Origin: Eledone cirrhosa
Taxonomy: Eukaryota
Assembly: GCA_964016885.1 (NCBI GenBank)
Contig: OZ024741.1
Coordinates: 70,060,001 to 70,124,000 of the forward strand
DNA length: 64,000 nucleotides
Direction of reading: 5' to 3'
Part shown: positions 16,118 to 29,295 of the stretch, in pieces
Layout: each line of letters opens with the position of its first letter
How positions within the stretch are numbered: position 1 is the stretch's first letter
Notes under the pieces: model-generated
What the model was told of the DNA's origin: nothing
Database searches by the model: none
Seen by the model: only the letters and a program-made list of their open reading frames with translations
Translations under genes and position numbers: made by a program

Positions 16118-16628
16118 ATATCATATATTGAGTTAGAAACTCAAAATAGTCTTTTACAATTAAATAGCTCAAGGAAGGGAATCTTTCCGAGCTGTGTAAT
16201 ACGATTGAATATATGAGAGGGATGAACATGTGTTCGAATTGCAAATGATCAAGTTAGCTAGGTTGAAAAAATGCTAATTGAAAACAATATGGTTTGCCTG
16301 TCTCGATTTAAAGTAATAAATCAATAAAAATAACAAACCTATATTGGGCAACTGCCATTGATACCCGGACAGATCTAAAATCTGTTTCACAAGAATTATT
16401 AAGTGAAAGCCACCATTCCTGTGCTCTTCTGCGGGTATCCAGGAAATTCGTACCTTTCACTTCAAAAGATCTAAGAAGACTGAACTATGTGTTGATATAA
16501 AAGGCGTTGCAACATGTGTTGCAGCGCCTAGCGCGTCTCATACTCATGCTGCTAAAAATAGCAGCCGATTTTATGAGACTAAAGTTAGCTCTACGTATGG
16601 AGCCGGGAATATCATATATTCAGTTAGA

Positions 16629-16632
<4 letters not shown>
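16118..16632 (-). mobile_element. Non-coding 491-nt unit with terminal direct repeats and an internal HHR-like motif
   Basis: atatcatatatt(g/c)agttagaaact at 16118-16141 and 16609-16632; HHR-like motif at 16360-16439; TA tracts on both sides. Confidence 0.65.
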
Positions 16633-16971
<339 letters not shown>

Positions 16972-17372
16972 AGGCCTGTTTATCTGTTGGTTTGTTAATA
17001 TGCAAGTTGTTAAAATACATAACTGAACACACGAGGAAACTAATTTAACGGGGAGGGGCAGTTAAGTACTGTGAGGTGGAAGGGCCTCAGTAGTATTGGA
17101 GGAGTTCATAATGAATGCGGTAAAGGGTGGAAGGATTTGTGTGAATATACTGAAAAATAAAGGGGGTGAAAACGGATCAACGAATTCTGGTATTTCGTAG
17201 AGGGAATCAATTAGAGTTGATAGTGGGCGGAGAGACTGTAGAGAGATGAAGTGGGCTAGTTCTAGTTGAATTGAAACAGGGATACGTTTAATAGGAATAA
17301 GTGAAACAATATGAAAACGTGTGTGAAAAGTGAAGACTGCAATGATACATATGCGAAAAAGAGGGGGATACG

Positions 17373-17412
<40 letters not shown>

Positions 17413-18012
17413 TCAGACAGTCAGACGGATAAACTGACGGAGAGGGAAGATAGGCAGCCAATCCAAGAATTTGGGGAGTTAATAGAATGAAGAAACGGCG
17501 AATTGGCAGTCATTAGAGAGTTAGTTTAAATATCTAGGTATTTATTCCGGTGTTCTGCGCTCAGTATTCCAATCCTGTCGAGGTTAAATTTATCTTTTAT
17601 CCCTTTGGGCTTGCTAGATAAGTAGCAATCCAGGGGTAATAGATTAACACAATATGTTCCAGCTCTGTGCGGACAGGATGCTTTGCGATAAATGTTTCGG
17701 CTCTGTGTGGACAGGATGGTTTCCGATAAACACTTTCTAGAATGAACAGGATGACTAAACAAATACGGGTACTTTAAACCTGGCAGACTCCATCCTCTCT
17801 CCACATCTGAACACCAATTTCTTCCAAAGAAATAGAAAAAGAGAGAGAGGGGAGAGGCAGGAAGAGAGGGAAGGAGGGAGGGAGGGAGAGAGATAGAAAG
17901 TACAAAAGAGATATAGAGGAATAATCGACCCTAGTACTGGACTGGTAACATTTTTTACCCAGGATCAAAAGCATGAAGCTGGTATTAATACTGCAAAGCG
18001 TTCTCTCCGTCA

Positions 18013-18200
18013 GGTGGATTGGCAGTATCGGTAGAGGGTCGGACGCCATGCTTTCCAGCATAGTTACGTCCCTTTACGATCAGAGTTCAAATCGCGCCGA
18101 GGTTGACTTTGCCTTTCATCTTTACGGGGTCGATAAAATAAAATACCAGTTATGCACTGGGGTGATTGCTGGCCTTGTGCCAGAAGTAGAAACAGTTATA
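18013..18200 (+). mobile_element. tRNA-derived SINE (family A), full length
   Basis: ggtggattggcagtatcggtagag...gagttcaaatcgcgccgaggttgactttgcctttcatc. Confidence 0.9.
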
Positions 18201-19659
18201 ATGACTCTGCCATTTCGTTGTCTTCTAAATTATTTTCATACCTCTACATACATAGCTCACATACAGCCAGAATCAACCTTGCCTGTCATCCTTCAGGAGT
18301 TGTTGAAACGACAGAAAACCGAGAGTGAAGGTTTAGCATTTTTTCCTACGTTATATATGCATAGCCTCTTTATTCAATAAATTTCAATTAAATTATATAA
18401 TGTTTGCTATAAGAAATAATAAAATATGAAATAATGAAAGTAACATTAAAGCAGTGATTCCTAAAGTGGACGCTGGTAGATTCAAGAAGGGCGCCAGAAG
18501 GTTGTAGGAGCGGGATGTTGGAAGGTAAGGAGTGGCGAATGAGAAAGGGGTCAAAAATACAAATCAGTAGTTACTAGTAAAAGCTGTTACCTTTTAGTCA
18601 ATAGGTGCTTAAATATAATAAAAAGAAATATTGAAATTAATATCTCAGTAAAACTGCATATAATACTCTATTACTCCCAAAGGTTAGTTTAAACCTGTCC
18701 CAGGTCAAGAGGTTCATCAGACCAGAGCTTATTCCAGTTTCAATAACGTTACCCGACAAATACATGACTACCCTCTAGATAAGACGTCAGTCAATCGCTG
18801 AGTTAAACTCCCACTGCTACTGGTACTAATTTCATTTTTTCAGCTGGGTAGATAGGAACAACAGACTACTCCAGAAATAAAGCAATTGATTGTACAAGTT
18901 AAGCTTTTGTGTCGATTGTGTTGCAAGGGAATGGTCAGCAGCAAGCAGTTTTTAGACTTCTATTGGGCACTTAGATAGCAACTTCAACAGAATTATATTC
19001 CTACTGGATATTGTGCAACAAAACTAAGGGCATTATCGAGAAGTGTCCAGGAATGTATCACTTTATGAGCTATAATGACTGGAGATAATATTCAGATAAA
19101 GCTATACACGCCTTCTATGTTGTAATGGATCCCCGTCTGTTTCGACGAGGTGTGTTCCAGTTATTCAGTAAACAGAACAGCCTACCTGTGAAATTAACGT
19201 GAAAGGGGCTGAACATTCCTAAAACACATGTACTCTTGACGTAATTCTCAGGGAGACTCAGTGTGACAAAATTGCCACTATAAATTGCAGTTAGGTTTAT
19301 CCGACAGTCTTCTAAACAGTTTCTGTCAATCCAATTTCCATAACAAGGCTTGGGTCTACTTGAGACAATGGTAAATGATACTTGCCCACGTTACCATCTA
19401 GTGGGATTATATCCATGACCTTAGGATTCCTAAGCGAATTTCTTAACCATTTAACCAGACTACGTCCAAACCTTCTATATTACATAATTACTGAAGGGGT
19501 AATTTGTGTTAATAAGTAAAGAGAAGCTTTGAATAAACATACAGCATAATGTTGTAATAAACGTGAGTCAAATTATCAACAAGTGTAATCCCTGTTTAAG
19601 CGCTAACTATTTTTTAAATGATCGAAATAAATGGCCGTTTATAAAAAGAAGAAAAAAAT

Positions 19660-19925
19660 AGCAGCGTAAGATTTTGTTTCGTCAGGCCAAAGAGAGCAAA
19701 CTATCGAAATATCGGTCACTCTCCGATAGGTTTGTGGTTGAATCTGTTGCAGTGGAGACGTCCGGCGTTCTTTGCTCCCGGACCACATCCCTACTCAAAA
19801 CTATCGGTGCTGGGTGGCTATCCGCAGGAGTGAGCCTCGTGAGTTAGAATAGTTATTTCAACGCGTCTTATCATTATTCTCCGAGACAACGTTTTCTTCA
19901 TTCCGTTTGCTGGGAACATGAGGCG
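19660..19925 (+). mobile_element. Decayed CRE-like LINE 3' fragment
   Basis: KLSKYRSLSDRFVVESVAVETSGVL...EPRELE*LFQRV. Confidence 0.65.
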
Positions 19926-20879
19926 GTCTACACATGGGCTCCCACACACCAGAGAAGGTTCCTTCATTCTGTCCAGATCCGCATTACTGGAGCAGCGATA
20001 AAAGAGTTCTAAAAGAATCTTATAAAGTATTTTCACTATATATCTCTGTTGTGTTTAGATTAAAATGATTTAAAAGTCGTGAAGTCATGAAAACTCCCTA
20101 TTCAGTCATGTATGCCCAAACCTCTGACTATATCTAGATTACATCAATCAACTACGGGCGTGTCTGCTACTGGAAGTGATGTTTCAAATGACAAGACAAA
20201 CTCATTTGCCCAATTCAATCTTTTATTCTCTCTTCATTGTTGGTTTTGTTTTTTTAGTTCGACATTTTCATTGTGAGTTCCATAGAATGCATCTGTGTGT
20301 ATGTGTGTGTATGTATGTGGATAGGAGGGAGAGAAAGAGAGAGTTCGTGTGAACGTGTTACAAAATAAAGGGCATGATAAATATTAGAAAAAATATGAGG
20401 GAGAGGAAGAGAGAAAGAGATTGAGATGATACTGCATGATGATTACAGAAATGTATGACAACAAGAAATACATTCTTCTTTTTATATCCTTCTTCTTCTT
20501 TCAAATAAGGCTTATTTAATGTTGTCTGGTATATTTTGTAACTGATGTAGTGAGAGTTAATTTAGTGAATTTCATTGATTCATGTCAAAGCAGGGTGTGT
20601 TGCTTGTTTGATTCACCGGTCACGTCTCAGTTGGAAATATAGCAAAACAAATGTCAAAACTAGCAAGTCAAAATGGCGACAGTATTGTCAGGTAAATCAA
20701 CAATACATGACATAAAAATAAATCGTGTAAAAGAAACAAGTTTAAGTAAGTAAAAAGACAAACTTTGATAGAGAGAAAGTTACCCTCCACCACCACCATC
20801 CTCACAATCCCACCACCACCGCTACCACAGCCACCAGAAATAGATGAGACATTACATTTATGCGCGTCTGATATATGTA

Positions 20880-20961
<82 letters not shown>

Positions 20962-20965
20962 TATA

Positions 20966-21021
<56 letters not shown>

Positions 21022-21029
21022 TACATATA

Positions 21030-21204
<175 letters not shown>

Positions 21205-21290
21205 CCACCACCACCGCACTCTCAAGAGCGTGAAACTAATAAACCTTTGTTCGTACTGCCTCTCTGTTTTGTTCCCGTTCAAGTTTTTAC

Positions 21291-21537
<247 letters not shown>

Positions 21538-21566
21538 ATACATATACATATATCAGACGCGCATAT

Positions 21567-21616
<50 letters not shown>

Positions 21617-21961
21617 AGTGTGCGTGCGTGCGTGTGTGTGAGTGGTGTGTGTGGTGTGTGTGGTGTGTGTGTGGTGTGTGTGTGTGTTTGTGCGTGTGTG
21701 TGTGTGTGTGTATATTTGTGTGGCTGTGAATATATATGTACATATGTGTGTATGTATGTGTGAGTACGTGTATTAAGGATTTAACGGGTAGAAAAAAATA
21801 TATCAGCTGGTTTTACAATTTCACAGATGAAATAATTTTATGATAGAGAATTTTCATTTCGAAATGTCAAGTTTCCAAAGTCCGTATCCGTCGACAAAAG
21901 TATCAAATAAATTAAGAAAAAATTTAAATAAATAAAAATATGTGTTAATGGTTGGGAGAGG

Positions 21962-22009
<48 letters not shown>

Positions 22010-22078
22010 CACATCTATATATGTAATGTGTATACATATATACATACGTGTATGCGTGTGTATACATGTGTGTGCGTG

Positions 22079-22140
<62 letters not shown>

Positions 22141-22237
22141 TGTGTGTGTATATATATATATATGTATGTATATATATATATACACACTTACACATCCCCA
22201 GACACCCACACTCACTCTCTCTCTCACACACACACAC

Positions 22238-22288
<51 letters not shown>

Positions 22289-23221
22289 AAACAAAACAAA
22301 GTTTTCCAATAAATAATAGAAGGCTAATGTAACAACATCGCTGGCAAGCAAGAATGACATTTACTTGGGAGATATTGCAACCAGTTGTTACGTTAGTTGT
22401 TATGTTTCTATTGAATTAACTAACGGCCAAAACTACAAAATAGGTTTTAGTCATTGAAATACTCATAAAATTACCTCCCCTTTCTCTCACTTCCTAACTT
22501 TGCTTCTGTCTCTATCTTTCTAATCTAGTCTCTGTCTGTGTCTTTCTAATTCTGTCTCTATTTCTCTCTTTCTGACAATGCTCTCTTTCTCTGGCTTTGT
22601 CTTTGCCTCCTCTCTATTTCCTCCCATTTGGCACCTTATGGTTAGATGATCTCACACAATAATTTAAAGTTATAATATTGTTGCCAATTCTGAATATATA
22701 TATATACTACGTTTATTTGGTCAATATATATGCTATGGTTATTTGATTTCATCAACACTCTACTTCGCTTGATTTCATTCACGTAGAATATAAAAAAAAA
22801 TAATTTCCACGTGAGTTAGGTCCATGGCACAGTTTCCATTTATGTTACAATCACCATCATCGTTTGACAACAGTAGCAGTCGGCCACAACCACTCCATCC
22901 ATTGTCGTTTTTCTAATCAGACATGGCCCGTGGTCAGGTGATTAACCCAGTCAATCTGTGGGGTTTATATCTCTAGGTGAAATTTGAACTCGGAATGCAA
23001 AATACTAGAATAGATATCGCATTTCATCTTGTTGGGCGCTCTAACGATCTTGATAATCCCCCCTCTTGGACTGGCACTTTACTTTATCGATTCCAAAGGA
23101 GGAAAAGAAAAGTTGACCTTGGTTAGATTTGAACTCACAGCGCAATCAATTTTGAAAATAATCAAGAATTTTGAGGGATTTAATAAAGTAACTAACATTT
23201 TTATACTATTAAGCCGTCACT

Positions 23222-23260
<39 letters not shown>

Positions 23261-23334
23261 ACATGTATGTATATATGTATATATATATACATATATGCAT
23301 GTATATATACATGTATATATATATATATATATAC

Positions 23335-23401
<67 letters not shown>

Positions 23402-23504
23402 TACACATATATACATATATACACATATATATATATATACATATACACGCATATATATACATATACACATACATATGCATACCTACACATGACTGCTATT
23501 TAAT

Positions 23505-23534
23505 ACCCGTGCAACGCCGGATACCTCTGCTAGT
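23505..23534 (+). mobile_element. Helitron-type 3' end
   Basis: acccgtgcaacgccgg GC-rich hairpin followed by CTAG|T. Confidence 0.5.
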
Positions 23535-23899
23535 TCAAAATATAACAAAACGTTATTATATACAATTAATTATGATTCGAAGATTTTATTATAATTTTAA
23601 AATGGATAGTTTTTCTTTATTACAAAACTAATAGTTTCAGATTAAAGGAGGAAAACGCAAAAAAGCAAATTTAAAAGAAAGCAATCGAAGTGGTTGGATT
23701 ATACCTATTAATAGGCACACTAGGGGTCTTTTTCCATCCGTGTGTTTCGGCCTATACAGAGATAACGGTTTAGCTATTCCGAACAACACAAGACGGACTA
23801 AGAAAGGATATAACCTAAATAATTAAATCCTTCGACTTAAAAGTTACTATAGGCACTAATCTAACTTCTATAAACTTTCTACCCTTTAAGAAGTCTAAT

Positions 23900-24630
23900 A
23901 AAAATCTACCTTTTATTAATTTTGGATCTGGTTACTTCCAATAATGTTTAAAACATAGATTCAGAGATTTCCAGCCTCTCCTCTAGCAGGGATATATTCT
24001 ACAAGGCAGTACCCTATTACAATGATGCCCTAAATGCGAGTGGATTTAAGAAGAAATTAGCAACAACTCCCAACACAAAGCTGCTGAAAAGAAATAGCCG
24101 CCGAAACGCAATCTGTTTTACGCCGCACATCTCAGTGAACGGCAACTAATACTGGTAAAACCTACGTAGCATTGATGAGCCATTCCTCACTAGCCATATA
24201 TATAGTATGCTATTCAACCGACATAATCTCAAAATTAGTTTTAACTCTACTCCCAGTGGGAAAAGGAAAGTCACAATTAAATCCCTAATATATAACGTTG
24301 CTGCGTGTTCGCTAGATGGGGACTTCCAAACAGAGGCTATAATTTCTGAAGCAACAGTCAAGTAAACTAAATCCAACTGTACCGCCAACCTAAATCTATA
24401 TTTCGGGCTTATGGAACGACAGTTCAAAGAGACGTGTAATGACCACATAGAATCGGTTATTATATCTTATAAAAGAAACACAACAAAACTCACCAATCAT
24501 ACCTGGAAATTGAAAGAGAGCTTTGAGAATACAACATCAACTAGAGAATCGCAGAAAATAGCAGACCCTATATTAATAGAACCAGATGATATGGACACTA
24601 TGACGCAGAATAGTGGCTTATATTGAAAAG
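23900..24630 (+). mobile_element. Highly decayed Penelope-like element (thumb, linker, GIY-YIG)
   Basis: KAVPYYNDALNASGF, RRNAICFTP, MLFNRHNLKISF and LYFGLMERQFKETCNDHIES..TKLTNHTWKLKE are colinear with the PLE at 39981-41435. Confidence 0.7.
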
Positions 24631-24901
24631 AAAAACTCGACAGCCAAACGCTTGTTTGGACACCAGAAGCGCCCCGCTTATTTTGTAGCTAGTTACATTA
24701 CTAACACCTCTCAGGCGAATGCATAATACTTTCAAAAACCCACCCCAATAAAAAAGAAAATAAATTTAACTTTATGTTAACTATCGGATCTTCTAGGTAT
24801 ACAACGAAAGCGTCAACTTCAATTTTCTAAATACTTAACATTTTTGATTTTTCAACTAATCAACTAGTATACATAATATACGCGCACACACACACACACA
24901 C

Positions 24902-24956
<55 letters not shown>

Positions 24957-25142
24957 ATAAAATAAGATACTGAGGTTACATATATCGTTTAATCATAATA
25001 ATTATTTCTACGGTTCTCCATGCAATCGAGATGTCCTTCATGCATTAGCTGTTGATTATGAGAACGGTTTCCTCAGATGAAGATCGATATGTTTGATATG
25101 TCTCTGGCAGGAAAACACACATCCTAATGCCTGTGCGCCCAG

Positions 25143-25164
<22 letters not shown>

Positions 25165-25173
<9 letters not shown>

Positions 25174-25372
25174 GGATGTATATATAATGTATTTTGCAAT
25201 ACACTTTATGCTTAATTAAAAGCATTTTGAAGACCGTATGCTGCTATTGTTTTAGAGTAGTGACAAATTCAGTGACGGTCTTCAAAATGCTTTTAATTAA
25301 GCATAAAGTGTATTGCAAAATACATTATATATACATCCATATATATATTGCTATTTCAGAGCTCCAATTCTA

Positions 25373-25373
<1 letters not shown>
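25165..25373 (+). repeat. ~73-bp-arm inverted repeat plus tail in (TA)n (PLE-type fold-back)
   Basis: Arms ~25165-25237 and 25275-25347, 37-bp spacer, then tail ttgctatttcagagctccaattctaa. Confidence 0.85.
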
Positions 25374-25435
<62 letters not shown>

Positions 25436-25589
25436 AATATATAAATATATTGAACAAGAGTGTTGTTTATGTTAGATGTTACGCAGTAACTCCCTGGTGA
25501 TAAGCAGGTCCTAGCCATCCAAAACACTACAAGTCAGTAGTTTATCCCAGGTAGATGATAATAAGAGACGGAGTATTCATTTATCAAAT

Positions 25590-25774
25590 AATTGTTTCTA
25601 CTTTAGGCACAAGGCCAGCAAATACCCAGTGCATTACTGGTACTTTATTTTATCGACCCCGTAAGGATGAAAGGCAAAGTCAACCTCGGCGGGATTTGAA
25701 CTCAGATCGTAAAGGGACGTAACTATGCTGGAAAGCATGGCGTCCGACCCTCTACCGATACTGCCAATCCACCG
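25590..25774 (-). mobile_element. tRNA-derived SINE (family A), full length with TSD
   Basis: 17-bp TSD tcatttatcaaataatt at 25577-25593 and 25775-25791. Confidence 0.92.
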
Positions 25775-26019
25775 TCATTTATCAAATAATTATAGTTAAA
25801 ACGGGATTAAATCACCATAATTGTTTATTGCATTATATATATTTCTGTTACATGGTTAGTCATGTGACTTCGTCAGATGTTTACGCAATCATTGGTGCAG
25901 TTATGCAATCATTGTGATATGCCGGTGGCCATGCACGTCCATCCAGTAGTGAATTGGTTCGGCATATGGATCTTCTGTATATTAAGTGCTAGAACTTAAC
26001 ATACAGAACATGTCGAGGG

Positions 26020-26720
26020 AGTGCTCTCAACCCCAGCCAATGTCAGTAGTGGGGTTCCACAAGGCACTGTGTTGGGCTCACTTCTTTATATTATTTATTA
26101 TATCAATGACATTTTCGGCGTCATCAAGCACAGCAACAATCTTTGCAGATGATTCCAAGCTCCAAAAGGCCATCAATTGAATGGGAGACCGACATGCCTT
26201 TAATCAGATCTACTTGCTGTCATCCAATGGGCGGAATAAAAAAACAACATGCTATCGGATAAATTCAAACTTCTGGAAAAGCGGATGCACTGAAACTATC
26301 ATATTTTTTTCCTCGGGTGAAACCCTTTTGGCATCCAACAACATCAGAGGTCTGGGAGTAATTGTTGATAACAACCTAAGCTGGGCTACTCATATAAACT
26401 ACGAAGTTGACATGGCCCGCAGGTTGTGTTCCCGCAAGAAAACCCAAGCTCACATCTCGTAATAAAATTACGACACAATCATTTCATCCCAACTGCTCAC
26501 ACATCTCAACAGCACACCAAAACACATAAAAACAGAAACATCCGATAAAATTCAAAATGTCTTTTGGACAAATCCCCCCATATATACTCCGGATATGTCT
26601 TCGAAAACAATAACTCTTTACTTGAGTTAGACAATAGTGTCCAAGTTATGATCTGAAAGACTTCGCCAGGTGGTGCTATTTATACATGACCAGGGCCAAT
26701 ACTGGCCGAAACGTATCAAT
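26020..26720 (+). mobile_element. Decayed CR1-clade LINE (RT and 3' end)
   Basis: NVSSGVPQGTVLGSLLY, IFADDSKL and IRGLGVIVDNNLSWATHIN across frameshifts. Confidence 0.85.
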
Positions 26721-26744
26721 GTTATACGTATATACGTGTATATA

Positions 26745-27039
26745 TATATAACAGATAAAATAAAAATGGCGTAGATACACAATACAACAGGAGGAACATA
26801 ATAGTACCATCGATGATGTTGCAGATGTGCAACGAAAGAACTTTGTTAGACTATATATATATATATGTGTTTATACCTATATTATATCTGTATTTTGGAC
26901 CGTTGGTCAGTCAATGGTAAACATTGAATGAATTAACTGTAGAGATATAAAAGATGCAGAAGCGAAAACCAACCAAACAGTGAGCGTGTTCTGTTATTAT
27001 TTCTGGAAATATTACTACAATATGACCCTCCCTAAGTAT

Positions 27040-27045
<6 letters not shown>
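26745..27045 (+). mobile_element. Decayed HHR-bearing TA-tract insert (same family as 27367-27660)
   Basis: TCGATGA-t-GTTGCA-gatg-TGCAAC-GAAA-G-aa-C-TT at 26810-26843; 3' end caatatgaccctccctaagtataacaat matches the reverse complement of 27368-27395. Confidence 0.55.
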
Positions 27046-27069
<24 letters not shown>

Positions 27070-27070
<1 letters not shown>

Positions 27071-27292
27071 CAAATGAATATATGAGAGGGATGAACACCG
27101 ATACAAATAAATGACCAAGTTCGCTAGGTTCAACCTAGCGAACTTGGTCATTTACAATTTGAACATATGTATACTTGTATCGATGTTCATCCCTCTCATA
27201 TATTCATTTGTGTTACACGGCTCGGAAATATTCCCTTCTTTGAGCTATTTAATTGTAAAAGACTATTTTGAGTTTATGACTCAATATATGAT
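27070..27292 (+). mobile_element. Fold-back palindrome plus tail, family of 16118-16632
   Basis: aaatgaccaagttcgctaggtt-c-aacctagcgaacttggtcattt centred at 27131, outer arms, and a tail homologous to the reverse complement of 16120-16265. Confidence 0.8.
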
Positions 27293-27298
27293 ATATAT

Positions 27299-27329
<31 letters not shown>

Positions 27330-27342
27330 TGAGCTGATGGAC

Positions 27343-27373
<31 letters not shown>

Positions 27374-27521
27374 ATGCTTTGGGAGGGTCATGTTGCCAAT
27401 AAGAAACACACGCACCAGTTGGTTTCACTCCAATTTATTATAAATTAAACTTATGAATTTAAGAATTTATAAATTTGCGGTTGGTTGGTTGGTTCCATAA
27501 CCGGACGGTTGTTCATATATT

Positions 27522-27564
27522 GTCAAAGTCCTTTCGTCACACATTCTGTGACCTCTTCAGTGAC
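27522..27564 (-). ncRNA. Minimal type I hammerhead ribozyme in insert 27367-27660
   Basis: Minus strand: GTCA-CTGAAGA-g-GTCAC-agaatgt-GTGAC-GAAA-G-ga-C-TT-TGAC. Confidence 0.7.
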
Positions 27565-27691
27565 TGGGGATTCTTTACTTTGTTTTGTGCCTCTCCTTTG
27601 TTCTGTCCTACGCCATCTTGTTTTCTTGGTATTCATTCCGGCTCCGCCGTATGTCAACTCACACACACTCACTCACATACACACACACACG

Positions 27692-27745
<54 letters not shown>

Positions 27746-27755
27746 TATATGTATA

Positions 27756-28480
27756 TTTGAGGTTTGTCCCGAAGGTTAGGGTATTGGTTTTTGTATCTAC
27801 AACCTGGTAACGCAGCTCCTCGTTGGTTATATAGGCGTGTTGGCCATGCCCTTAGCTGCACCTCCATAATTCTTTCAACATGATCGATTGAGTTAGCCGT
27901 GTGTTATTGCTGTCTATGAACAGACATGTTTATGTATATATATGTACGTTATGTTCGCAATGCAGGAAAATATCGCGATCAAATATTGTGTGAAGCTCAA
28001 TAAATCTGCCACCGAAACATTTAATTCTTTAACATAAGCTTATGGAGATTCCACAAGGTTTTAAGTGGCACAAAACTTAGAAAGAGGGCCGGGAAAATGT
28101 TGAAGATGAACCTCGTTCTGGAAGGCCAATCTCGTCAACAAATGAAAAAAATGCGGAGATGGTGTGAGTGGTGGTAGCAAAAGATTGATGATTAAGTGTT
28201 TGGATTATTGCAGGAGAATCGGATTTGGATAAAAGTGTAGTTCACAAAATGTTAACAGAACATTTGTACTTGCGATAAATTTGTGCAAAACTAGTGTCAA
28301 AACACTTGACAGTAAAGCAAAAAGTGAACCAGTTGAAAATTTGTCAGGCTTTGCTCGAAAGACTCGAAATTGAGCCTTCCCAAGGGTCATATTTTGAAGG
28401 AGATAACTTGTAATTTTATGTACGTCTAATATACATTTAAACAGAACATCAGTACCCTTGCTTTTGGGACAAATCACCTA
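27756..28480 (+). mobile_element. Internally deleted Tc1/mariner transposon
   Basis: Imperfect TIRs. N-terminal HTH AIKYCVKLNKSATET...KEGRENVEDEPRSGRP...ICAKLVSKHLT is joined directly to C-terminal QGSYFEGD; stops present and the DDD domain is missing. Confidence 0.85.
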
Positions 28481-28494
28481 TATATGTATATAGG

Positions 28495-28573
28495 TGACTT
28501 GTAAACTCAAAATAGTCTCTTACAATTAAATAGCTCCAAGAAAGAAGTTTTTCTGAGCCGTGTAATATAATGT

Positions 28574-28634
<61 letters not shown>

Positions 28635-28728
28635 GAATATACAATACATTATATTACACGGCCTCAGAAAAACTTCTTTCTTAGAGCTATTTAATTGTAA
28701 GAGACTACTTTGAGTTTCTAACTCAATA

Positions 28729-28735
<7 letters not shown>
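28495..28735 (+). repeat. ~80-bp-arm inverted repeat with (TA)n centre, family of 16118-16632
   Basis: aaactcaaaatagtctcttacaattaaatagctc... and ...gagctatttaattgtaagagactactttgagtttctaactcaata. Confidence 0.8.
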
Positions 28736-28805
<70 letters not shown>

Positions 28806-28904
28806 TAAGATGTATGGTAGGACGTATGTGAATCGCGATGATCACGTCTGACTTACCAAATATGTGACGGTAGCTAGTTAAGCTCTATGCGTATACGCAG
28901 AGCA

Positions 28905-28967
<63 letters not shown>

Positions 28968-29246
28968 CCCAATAACTTAATTTAGTTATTGTATTGCCCT
29001 AGCCGGAGGTATATGGTCTGTAATGCGAAGAAATACCTATGATAGCTAATAGATCACTGATGATGGATAGTCCTGGCTTCTATTTCTAATTCTTTATTAT
29101 AAATATCATATTTGCAACAACACAGCTCGCCATTTTTCATTCATATATATGTAAGTATGCACACGTACACGCACACACACACACATATATATATACACAC
29201 ATACACATATAAACATATATAAATACACACACACACATATATATAC

Positions 29247-29295
<49 letters not shown>

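Noticed and set aside
24955-25145. Hammerhead in a TA-tract insert (minus strand GAAA-CCGTTCTC..GAGAACCG-TA)
   Set aside because: Helix III-like pairing exists, but the 5' core (CTGCCAGA) and helix II are not convincing; the same holds for inserts at 28805-28910, 38595-39030 and 59895-60205.
26694-26716. GGCCA-atac-TGGCC-GAAACGTA as a hammerhead
   Set aside because: No CUGANGA core or helix I; more likely the CR1 3'UTR stem-loop.
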